Of a stretch of DNA of 64,000 bases, positions 50,339 to 57,792 are shown piece by piece (positions within the stretch are counted from its first letter, which is position 1; each line of letters begins with the position of its first letter). A model generated the notes under the pieces. It was given only the letters and a program-made list of their open reading frames with translations, ran no database searches and was not told where the DNA came from. This stretch comes from Trueperaceae bacterium (GTDB lineage: Bacteria > Deinococcota > Deinococci > Deinococcales > Trueperaceae). The stretch covers positions 107,729-171,728 of the forward strand of contig JBBDRK010000017.1 in assembly GCA_040905465.1 (NCBI GenBank). The letters are read 5' to 3'. Both the position numbers and the translations under genes were made by a program.

Positions 50339-53311
50339 CTAGGCGTCCACCTCCACCGTCTTGCCCTCCATGTGGGTGAACACCAGCAGTGGGACGTCGT
50401 GCAACTCCTGTCGGGCTGTTGCCTGGCCCAGGCGGTTCGGCCCCGAAAACCGAACGACGGTAAGCCGATTGAGGCCGAAGACCGGATATGCGTAAAGCGT
50501 CTCGATCCTCCCGGGAGGTGCCGCCAGAGTCGCCTCTACGTTCAACGACCGGGAAAACTCCCTGCGATAACTCGCCGATCGCCGGGCCGCGTGTGTCATC
50601 TGCTCGGTCAGGCTACGCGACTGCGTCACGCTGTGAGTGGCGCTCGCGCCCACCTCGAACCCGAGCTGCACCACCTTGTCGATGCCTAACTTGAACTTCT
50701 CCTCCACCTTGACGGTATCGGTCCGGGAGGACCCGACCGTTAGGCTCTTGCTTCCTGAGATCGTCACTTCTCCGGTTCGCTCGTCGGCTTCCGAGGTGCT
50801 GGCGCTGAAGGCGACCTTGATTGGCGAGGTGTTGCTTCGAGAGAATTCGTGCCCGTAGATCGAGTGCCAGTACAAGATGTGTCGCGGATCGTTGAAGCGT
50901 ACCTGCCGCTCGAACCGCCGGGTGGAGCTATAAAGCATCTCGAGGGGATGCACGAGGTAAAAGGCCAGCGTTCGACGCGTGAAGTGATAGCGCCTGCTGC
51001 CTCCGATGCCCTGACGCCAGTGGAACTCCACCTCGAGCCGGGCCAGGGGGTTGTCGGGATCCGTCTGGTAGGCGCGTTCGAGGGTCTGCCGCTTCAGCTT
51101 CAACGACAAGTCCCGGTGCTCGCCCGCGCGAAGCGGATCACTGGACCAACGCAGGTACTCACCCTGCTGATTGTCGAGGGGCACCGTCACGAATCTCCGT
51201 TGCGGGCCACTTCCGACAGCGCTGCTGAACCGTAGTTTCAGCCAGGTGGCGTCGAACCTCGTTTGCGAGTTGTTGCTGATTCGCAGCGGGAAAACGGCTT
51301 CCGTTCCCTCCGGTGCGCCAGTCACCAGGTAGTAGAGGTGCGGCCGGTTGTCGCTGCCCGGCACCAGAGTGAGGTCGCGCCACTCCAGCGTCGCCGCTCC
51401 GTTGATCGTCGGAAGCTGCAGTCTCGTCTGCTGCTCGGGGTAGCCCGAACTCTCGACGACGGTCTCTTCGTTGATGGAATCCATCTCTCCTCCGGTTGGG
51501 TAGTCAGCTGTCGGGTGATAGTTGCCGGTTGCCAGGTAGCGCCGCGTTGCGTTGATTGCCGCGGCGGCGTCGATGCAGCCCGCTCCGTAACGGAATCCGT
51601 GTAACGGCGTTGCGCCCTCGGGAAGCTGCGCCGTTCGCAGCAGAAGATCGCGAACGGTCTCCGCCGGCAGGCGCCTCTCGCCGGCGAGCTCCATGATCAG
51701 CGCGGCAACGCCGCAGACGTGCGGTGATGCCATGCTGGTTCCGCTCTTGATTGTCACGCCGCCGATGGAACGGCGGCCGAGAAGATCGATCACCGTCGAG
51801 CGTGCCGCTCTTATCCGCGCGCCCGGCGCCACGCACAGCGGCACCTGGCGGCCGTCCCGAGTCGGCCCGGAACTGCTGAACTCGGCCAGCGGGAACTGCG
51901 GCCGGTTCGGGTCGTACGCACCCACGGCGATCGTGTGGCGCCCACTGCAGATCGTGCCCAGCGTGGTGAGCGGGTCGGCGTCATCGGGATGAAATCGGGA
52001 TTGACTGTTCGTCGCATCTCGTTCGATGAACGCGTGGAAGTTGCCGTTGCGGACCGAACCCGAACGAAGGTTGACGGTCCAGGTGCCGGGCGGCGCCGCT
52101 GGCCACAGGAAGATGTCGATCTGATTGTCCTCGTTGTTCGGATCGTCCTGCCTGTTGTAGACCGACGCGAGAACAATGCCTCGGTCGCGAACGATTTCGG
52201 TGGCACCGACCGGCACTGTGGCGAGTGTCCGGCCGCCCGGGTCTATCAGCTCGACGGTGATCTCGTCGCTGCCCGGGTACCAGACTTCCAGTTCAGACAC
52301 CTCCGCTGTGCGAGCGGGGACCTCCCAACGAAGTCGTGCAGACCCGCCGTCGGTGAGTCGGCCGCTGGCGTGCAATCGTTCTCCGAAGTAATTACCGGTG
52401 CTCATGCACACGACGGTTCCGGGGCGCTCTTCGAGTATTGCGTCGAGGCCGCGTTCCACCAGCGAGGTCCCGTCTTTCGGCCCTCCGGTGCTTCCCAAGC
52501 TGCAATTGATCACAACCGGTCTGCCTTCGGCGCGTTGGAGGATGTAGTCGACAGCCTCGAGCAGGCGGACGGAATCGCCGAGGGTGTCCTCGGGGCCTAT
52601 GTCGCGTCCCTTGAGGTGAACGAATATCAGCTCCGCCTCGGGCGCCACGCCTGCCACTCCGCCCGAGCCCCGTCCGTTTCCTGCCGCAATCGACATGACG
52701 TGAGTGCCGTGGGTGCCGAAGGCCAGGCGATCTATCCCGGCAGGATCGTATCCCAGGTCGCTGTACGGGTCAGCCTGCGCCGCCGCTTCGCTCAACCGCT
52801 CTCGGCCGAACTCGCGCCCGTAGTCGTAGGGTCGTGGGCTGTTCGGATGAACGCCTCCTCGCTGGTCCCACAGGTACAGCAGGCGGCTCGATCCATCGTC
52901 TCGCAGGAAGTCGGGGTGGGCGAAGTCGCAGCCCCAGTCGATGATTCCGACTATCACGCCCCGGCCCGTCAAGGCGGTCTGGGCGGCAGCCGCAACTGTA
53001 TTCGGATCGGCCCTGATCGCCGGGATCGACACGTCCAGGTTGGGCGCGGCGACCTCGCGACTTGCTTTCAGCGAGGCGATGTTGGAGTGTTCGTGAAGCT
53101 CGACGATGCGGTCGAGTGGCAGCCGACCGGTCACTATCGGCCCGAGCCGGCTCACCACTCGCAGGTGGGGAATGTCGGCCTTGGGGTCGCGAAGCCGCAC
53201 GACCACCGCAACCTCCTCGACTTCCGCTCCCTCCTCGAACGCGCCCAACGGGTCGCCGGTTGCGCGTAGCAGTAGCTCCTTCAGCGCCGGGTCGAACTGG
53301 AGATCATCCAC
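50339..53311 (-). CDS. CspA-like S8 serine peptidase fused to a C-terminal Ig-like plus putative beta pore-forming module
   Basis: Triad IIDWG / HGTHV / GTSMAS; propeptide, jelly-roll insert, no signal peptide; AGGAGG SD; 381-aa extension with long Ser/Thr-rich beta strands. Confidence 0.88.
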   Translation of the reverse strand: MDDLQFDPALKELLLRATGDPLGAFEEGAEVEEVAVVVRLRDPKADIPHLRVVSRLGPIVTGRLPLDRIVELHEHSNIASLKASREVAAPNLDVSIPAIRADPNTVAAAAQTALTGRGVIVGIIDWGCDFAHPDFLRDDGSSRLLYLWDQRGGVHPNSPRPYDYGREFGRERLSEAAAQADPYSDLGYDPAGIDRLAFGTHGTHVMSIAAGNGRGSGGVAGVAPEAELIFVHLKGRDIGPEDTLGDSVRLLEAVDYILQRAEGRPVVINCSLGSTGGPKDGTSLVERGLDAILEERPGTVVCMSTGNYFGERLHASGRLTDGGSARLRWEVPARTAEVSELEVWYPGSDEITVELIDPGGRTLATVPVGATEIVRDRGIVLASVYNRQDDPNNEDNQIDIFLWPAAPPGTWTVNLRSGSVRNGNFHAFIERDATNSQSRFHPDDADPLTTLGTICSGRHTIAVGAYDPNRPQFPLAEFSSSGPTRDGRQVPLCVAPGARIRAARSTVIDLLGRRSIGGVTIKSGTSMASPHVCGVAALIMELAGERRLPAETVRDLLLRTAQLPEGATPLHGFRYGAGCIDAAAAINATRRYLATGNYHPTADYPTGGEMDSINEETVVESSGYPEQQTRLQLPTINGAATLEWRDLTLVPGSDNRPHLYYLVTGAPEGTEAVFPLRISNNSQTRFDATWLKLRFSSAVGSGPQRRFVTVPLDNQQGEYLRWSSDPLRAGEHRDLSLKLKRQTLERAYQTDPDNPLARLEVEFHWRQGIGGSRRYHFTRRTLAFYLVHPLEMLYSSTRRFERQVRFNDPRHILYWHSIYGHEFSRSNTSPIKVAFSASTSEADERTGEVTISGSKSLTVGSSRTDTVKVEEKFKLGIDKVVQLGFEVGASATHSVTQSRSLTEQMTHAARRSASYRREFSRSLNVEATLAAPPGRIETLYAYPVFGLNRLTVVRFSGPNRLGQATARQELHDVPLLVFTHMEGKTVEVDA

Positions 53312-53353
53312 CGGCTCGACCTCCTGGCGGTCCTAGTGCCGCAGTCCCTCGGT

Positions 53354-53385
53354 CCCGCGCCCGGAAACCGGGTTCCGGACGCGGG
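53354..53385 (-). terminator. Intra-operon stem-loop before the S8 gene
   Basis: 13-bp stem (one G-U pair on the minus-strand RNA): CCCGCGTCCGGAA/TTCCGGGCGCGGG. Confidence 0.55.
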
Positions 53386-53393
53386 GTGAAAAT

Positions 53394-53804
53394 TCAGGTG
53401 GATTCAACCGCAATGCTTTCGCCGGTCGTGCTGCGTGTATCCGTCGCCGGGATCGTATCCTGTGGCGCAGGCCCCGTCACCACGCCGACGGCCGAGTTCA
53501 GTACCTGGCGCAGAGAGGGGTTGCGCTCGAGCGCCTGGCGCAACACTGGAGCGCCTGCGATGTCGCTGTCTCGAATTGCGATCCTCGAAACTTTGGCCCT
53601 GGCGATGAGCTGTGCAGTCTCGCGGATTGCCGCCTCCTCCGCTCGCTCGGCACGCCGAACCTCCATGTCTGCGCTGACGGCAGTCAGGGCCTGTCTCTGC
53701 GACTCGTCTCCGACCGGCATCATGCCGAACGCCATCGCCTGGGAGAGCCGCTTCCGGCGCGACTTCTTGCTGTTGAACAGAAGCATGAGTGGTACGAGTT
53801 GCAC
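53394..53804 (-). CDS. Hypothetical protein (S8 operon)
   Basis: AAGGAG SD before GTG, 11 nt after the upstream stop; helical. Confidence 0.75.
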   Translation of the reverse strand: MQLVPLMLLFNSKKSRRKRLSQAMAFGMMPVGDESQRQALTAVSADMEVRRAERAEEAAIRETAQLIARAKVSRIAIRDSDIAGAPVLRQALERNPSLRQVLNSAVGVVTGPAPQDTIPATDTRSTTGESIAVEST

Positions 53805-53815
53805 GATTGTCTCCT

Positions 53816-54694
53816 TTAGTCGGCGAGGGCCATGAGCATGAAAGGAAGCATGTTGTCTCCTCCGCCTTGCTGGCCCATGAGGAGCGGCAGGAGCATCATC
53901 ATGCTGTTGTCGTCGCTGTCGACCGATTGCGAACTGCTGACCTCGACCAGATCACCGGTCGTGGCCCCGGTCGAATTGAGCACGACACCGCTGTGGGTGT
54001 GGGAGGTGATGTCGTCGCGGATGCGCTGCATCTGCATCATGCCGAGCATCAGGTTCATCATCGCCTGCGACGACTGCTCCTTCTTGAATGCGGCTAGTTC
54101 GCGCTTCTGCTGCCCCAGCACCTTGCGGGTGCTCAACCTGAATTTCGCCAGGTTGTCCTTGTTGCTCGCGGCCAAGACCGCAGTCTGGGTGATCCGCTGA
54201 CGCTCCTTGTGCAGGTCCGACTGAGTCCGGTTCAACCCGGTAGTGAGGTTGCCGATCTGAGTCTGCAGCTTCCTGGTCGTCGCGAGATACTGGGTGAGTG
54301 TGGGCACCGCGGCCGGAAGCTGCATCGAGGCGCTGCCACGGGGCGTGTTCAGCCGGGCAGTTCGGACCCCGCCGCCCCCACTCGCTGCCGGGGCGGGCCT
54401 ACGAAACTGGCGAGGCCTGCTGGGAGCCTTGAAGAGATTGGAGACGCTGCGGATCCCATTGATGGCGGTCGTGGCGGCTCCGCTTATCAGCGGCGCGGCC
54501 AGGCCGGCCAGGAACTCGGCTTCCGTCGATTCATCGTCGTAGTCGTAATCGTCTTCTGCCGCGAACGTCTCGTCGTCGTCATCGTCATAATCGTATTCCG
54601 CGAGTACGGCGTTCTCGAATGCCTCGTCGTCATAGCCGGATTCTGTGAAGGGAGCGTTCTCCGCGAACGCCTGAGTCGAGGTGCTACCGTTCAT
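53816..54694 (-). CDS. Hypothetical protein: acidic leader, amphipathic helix, coiled coil, HxH motif, Met-rich tail
   Basis: AAGGAGG SD; overlaps the upstream gene by 11 nt. Confidence 0.8.
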   Translation of the reverse strand: MNGSTSTQAFAENAPFTESGYDDEAFENAVLAEYDYDDDDDETFAAEDDYDYDDESTEAEFLAGLAAPLISGAATTAINGIRSVSNLFKAPSRPRQFRRPAPAASGGGGVRTARLNTPRGSASMQLPAAVPTLTQYLATTRKLQTQIGNLTTGLNRTQSDLHKERQRITQTAVLAASNKDNLAKFRLSTRKVLGQQKRELAAFKKEQSSQAMMNLMLGMMQMQRIRDDITSHTHSGVVLNSTGATTGDLVEVSSSQSVDSDDNSMMMLLPLLMGQQGGGDNMLPFMLMALAD

Positions 54695-55154
54695 CGAAAT
54701 CCTCCTTCGGGCCGTTGATTCGGCCGGTCGTTCTCTTCTGTAGCGGGACGACGTCCAGCCCTACGCTGTGCAGGGCGGGAAGGACCCAGGCGAGAAGCTC
54801 ATTGCGATCCGCCGTACGCGAGCCGGGACCGCCGGCGCCTGCGCATTGCGGGCAGGATCGTTCCCTGCCCCAGCAGAGCTCGCAAGAACCGAAGACTTCG
54901 GCGATGTATGAGATGGCTCCGGCGGCCTCCTCCAGTTGTTGACGGAGGATCCGCCCGGTGCGGCGACTCCGGTTCAGCTTCGCCTGGAAGTCCTCTGCCG
55001 AATCCTGACCTCCTCCCTGGTTTCGTTGTTGAAGCAGAGTGGCGAGCATGGCGGCTTTCGGATTGCCCTGGAACAGCGCTTCCATGTCGGCTGCAGGAGA
55101 CTGCCCTTCGCCTCCCATCTGTCGGAGCATCTGACTCATCAAGCTAGGGTCCAC
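54684..55154 (-). CDS. Hypothetical protein with CxxC-x6-CxxCxGxG putative zinc finger
   Basis: GGAGG SD; CELCWGRERSCPQCAGAGG; Met-rich N-terminus and coiled coil. Confidence 0.8.
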   Translation of the reverse strand: MDPSLMSQMLRQMGGEGQSPAADMEALFQGNPKAAMLATLLQQRNQGGGQDSAEDFQAKLNRSRRTGRILRQQLEEAAGAISYIAEVFGSCELCWGRERSCPQCAGAGGPGSRTADRNELLAWVLPALHSVGLDVVPLQKRTTGRINGPKEDFDER

Positions 55155-55186
55155 ATTCCCCTCCGTTCCCGTGCAGGTTCCTGCAG

Positions 55187-56119
55187 TTACGGCGTGTCTG
55201 GTTGCTGGTCCTCGATCGGCCAGTCCTCATCGATCCATGTTTCGGGATCCCCCTCCTCTCCGGCGGGCCACCTCTCCGGCGTGAAGTCGCTGGACAAGCT
55301 TTCGCGGTCTTCGAAGCGGTTCTCGGATTGCAACGACTCCCAGGTGTCGCCGGAACCGTCCGGCGTAAACGCCTCCTGCCGGGCGAAAGCCAGCGCCTCG
55401 AACATTTGCTCGCCCTCTGCGAGACCGCCTGCAAGGCTCTGTTCGCGTGCGGCGCCGGGCTGTCCGGAGGTGACCGCCGAGAAGGCTTTGAGGCCGACCG
55501 GTACCGCCTTCAGCAGCAGGGGGAGGAGTTGCGCGATAATGGGCAGGACGACCGGCAGCAACTGGAGCAGGATAGGGACCACGGCTCCGACGGCCTCGGC
55601 ATCGTGCTCGAGATCGGCTTCGATCGCCTCGAGTCGCTCGAGCGCTTCGCGCTCTGCGCTCTGCAAGGGCCGCTGCGCGAACGCTCCGATCAGTTGGGGA
55701 ACGAGAGCAACGAGCTGCGGCAACAAGGCGGCGAGATGATGTACGAGTTCCGGAGGCACGCCGGGTGCAGCCGTTGGATGGGCTGCATTGGCGGCCGGAG
55801 ACGGTGGCTGACGGCTTGCCGCCGGAGGCCGGGAGGGCGCTGTCGGAGGGATAGGTGAAGCCTGCGGGGCGGGGCGAGGCGAGGGCTTGCGGCCTTGTTG
55901 CTGTGCGGTGTTCACCGCACCCATCGTCCCGCCGATCAAGCCTCCCGCGAGCGCGCCCCACGGGCCTGCGCCCAACCCGGCGGCCGCGCCGCTGGCCGCA
56001 CCGCCGCCGATCCCCTTGATCCAGTCGAGCACATCCTCGGCCGACTCCGCGGGGCCTTGCGCCGCCTCGCTGAGCCAGTCGAGCGCTTCGGAAGTCGATT
56101 CGCCGTTCAGTTGGTACAT
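55187..56119 (-). CDS. Hypothetical protein with glycine zipper and hydrophobic/amphipathic helices separated by acidic spacers
   Basis: GGGAASGAAAGLGAGPWGALAGGLIGG; VVPILLQLLPVVLPIIAQLLPLLLK; TGATG coupling. Confidence 0.8.
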   Translation of the reverse strand: MYQLNGESTSEALDWLSEAAQGPAESAEDVLDWIKGIGGGAASGAAAGLGAGPWGALAGGLIGGTMGAVNTAQQQGRKPSPRPAPQASPIPPTAPSRPPAASRQPPSPAANAAHPTAAPGVPPELVHHLAALLPQLVALVPQLIGAFAQRPLQSAEREALERLEAIEADLEHDAEAVGAVVPILLQLLPVVLPIIAQLLPLLLKAVPVGLKAFSAVTSGQPGAAREQSLAGGLAEGEQMFEALAFARQEAFTPDGSGDTWESLQSENRFEDRESLSSDFTPERWPAGEEGDPETWIDEDWPIEDQQPDTP

Positions 56120-56322
56120 CAGCTACCCCCGGTGGTTTCGTGAGCCTCTAGGAATTCCTCGATAAATGGACGAATGGCGTCGAGTGTCAGGAAGTGAAAC
56201 CGTTCGTTGTCCGGCACGTGCACGATGTGGCCTCGCCATTCGCCGGCGCCACCAGGCGAAGACAACTCCTCGAACCAAATCTTGATAACGAAGGAATGAA
56301 CGGCCAGTTCCGCCTGCCTCAT
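56119..56322 (-). CDS. Small hypothetical protein (SFxxxIW...WRGxxxH type)
   Basis: GGAAGG SD; stop overlaps the next ATG; compact beta-rich motif HSFVIKIW..EWRGHIVHV. Confidence 0.7.
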   Translation of the reverse strand: MRQAELAVHSFVIKIWFEELSSPGGAGEWRGHIVHVPDNERFHFLTLDAIRPFIEEFLEAHETTGGS

Positions 56323-56395
56323 CAGGCCTTCCTTCCGTTGCCCGTCGCACGCTCTGGCTGCTGCCGAAGCTCATGCAGACAGTGTCGGCTCCCGG

Positions 56396-56434
56396 CGTCT
56401 CCTGCCTGTCCAATGGCCGTCTCAGGGACGTCTC
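56396..56434 (-). promoter_or_regulatory. Four direct repeats at 11-bp period (candidate SARP/BTAD binding array)
   Basis: Plus strand: CGTCTC 56396, TGTCCA 56407, CGTCTC 56418, CGTCTC 56429. Confidence 0.7.
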
Positions 56435-56700
56435 GCGTACCGGCCGAAAGTGTGCTAACATCCGCTCCACCTTCAGATAATCCGGCCCGCTCCTCACCTC
56501 CGATGTCTACATGGGCGTCGCCGGCGCCGTGTGCTTTGAACTGCCGTACAGGGTTGTGCAGAGGCGTCAGAGGTATCCGGGGCGAGGGAAGGCGCCACGC
56601 CGGCAGAGGTGGAGCCGGGGCAGGTACGCGACTTCAAGATCGACGGGCTCAGGAGTGCGAGGGTTGGGGATCGAATCTCTTCCGGGGAGCGATTGATGCG

Positions 56701-57621
56701 ATGACGGGCACCGTGTTCATACGAGTATTCGGGGAACTTCGAGTGGAGGTGAACGGTGTCCTTGCACCTCCCTTGGAGAGCCGCAAAGCGGAGGAACTCC
56801 TCTGTTATCTGGTTCTCAACGATGACGGCCCCATGCGGCGGGAGCAGTTGATGAGCGTGTTGTGGCCCGAGGAAACTACAGCCAAGGCGCAAAAGCATCT
56901 GAGGCAAGCCCTTTGGCGGCTACAGCGGGCTTTCGGCCTGGCGGAGGAGGGAGCGAGACTCCTGCGCCTCGACGGCCCACGCCTGGAGTTGAGCCGAGAG
57001 GTGTCCCTGTCCACGGACGTCGGTATGGTGCTCGACAGCTTCGAGGCCACGCTCGGCGTTCACGGGGAAGACCTGACCGAGACGCAGGCCCAGTCTTTGG
57101 AGAGTGCAGCCCGCCTTTACGAAGGTGGCCTGCTCGCGGGTTGTTATAGCGATTGGTGCTTGCTGGAGCGCGAACGGCTGGAGAACACAACTCTAATAAT
57201 TCTCGACAAGCTGATGGCGTACTGCGAGGCGACCCACCGGCACGAGGCCGGGCTGGTACACGGCATGCGACTTCTCGAGCTGGACAACGCTCGAGAGGCC
57301 ACTCACCGCCGGATAATGCGAATCTACGCCGAACTCGGCGACAGGACCGGAGCGATGCGACAGTATCGGCGCTGCACCAACGCCCTGCTGACGGAGCTGG
57401 GTGTCGAGCCGTCCGAAGAAACCCGCAACCTCTTCGCGGCTATCCGCGGCGAAGACAGGCACGACGAGGATTGGGGACGTATCCGGCCCGGCGATGCCCT
57501 GGAGCGAACGCGGACATTCCTGGAGTCGCTGAGGCAAAAGGTCGACGAGGGTATAGAGGCGATCTTCCGCGATCTGGATGATGTTAAGACAGCAGAGCCG
57601 GCGTCCCGCCCGCGCAAGTGA
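56701..57621 (+). CDS. SARP/AfsR family transcriptional activator (wHTH + BTAD)
   Basis: IRVFGEL, KAEELLCYL, REQL...LWPE, LRQALWRL, LYEGGLL, E..HRRIMR.Y...GDR..A..QY, ELGVEPS. Confidence 0.92.
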   Translation: MTGTVFIRVFGELRVEVNGVLAPPLESRKAEELLCYLVLNDDGPMRREQLMSVLWPEETTAKAQKHLRQALWRLQRAFGLAEEGARLLRLDGPRLELSREVSLSTDVGMVLDSFEATLGVHGEDLTETQAQSLESAARLYEGGLLAGCYSDWCLLERERLENTTLIILDKLMAYCEATHRHEAGLVHGMRLLELDNAREATHRRIMRIYAELGDRTGAMRQYRRCTNALLTELGVEPSEETRNLFAAIRGEDRHDEDWGRIRPGDALERTRTFLESLRQKVDEGIEAIFRDLDDVKTAEPASRPRK

Positions 57622-57635
57622 TCCTGCCTCTTCGA

Positions 57636-57683
57636 TCAGCGACGGCCCGCGGCGTCCGGCGCGGATGATCGGGCCGTCGCTGA
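57636..57683. terminator. Stem-loop between convergent BTAD and GntR genes
   Basis: TCAGCGACGGCCCG...CGGGCCGTCGCTGA perfect 14-bp arms. Confidence 0.65.
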
Positions 57684-57792
57684 CGGCAAATAGTGACAGC
57701 AGCGGGGCGATGTTTCCGAGCCAGTCACCCGGCGCTTTGGACCTGACTAACCGAGCCGCCTCTTCCGAGCGCCGCTTCCAGGTGGGTCTGGC

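Noticed and set aside
54520-54610. (GTC/ATC)n trinucleotide-like repeat as microsatellite or CRISPR
   Set aside because: It encodes the Asp-rich leader; no repeat-spacer structure and no cas genes.
53816-54694. Prophage, T6SS or eCIS remnant on the basis of HTHSGV
   Set aside because: No OB-fold or beta-helix in the protein, and no sheath, tube, baseplate or integrase genes recognised.
50339-56322. Cyanobactin/lanthipeptide-type RiPP cluster
   Set aside because: No YcaO, Lan or radical SAM enzyme, no exporter, no double-glycine leader; the protease is CspA-like rather than PatA/G-like.
56194-56700. N-terminal extension of the BTAD regulator
   Set aside because: Non-protein-like; it spans the divergent promoter and the opposite-strand small ORF.
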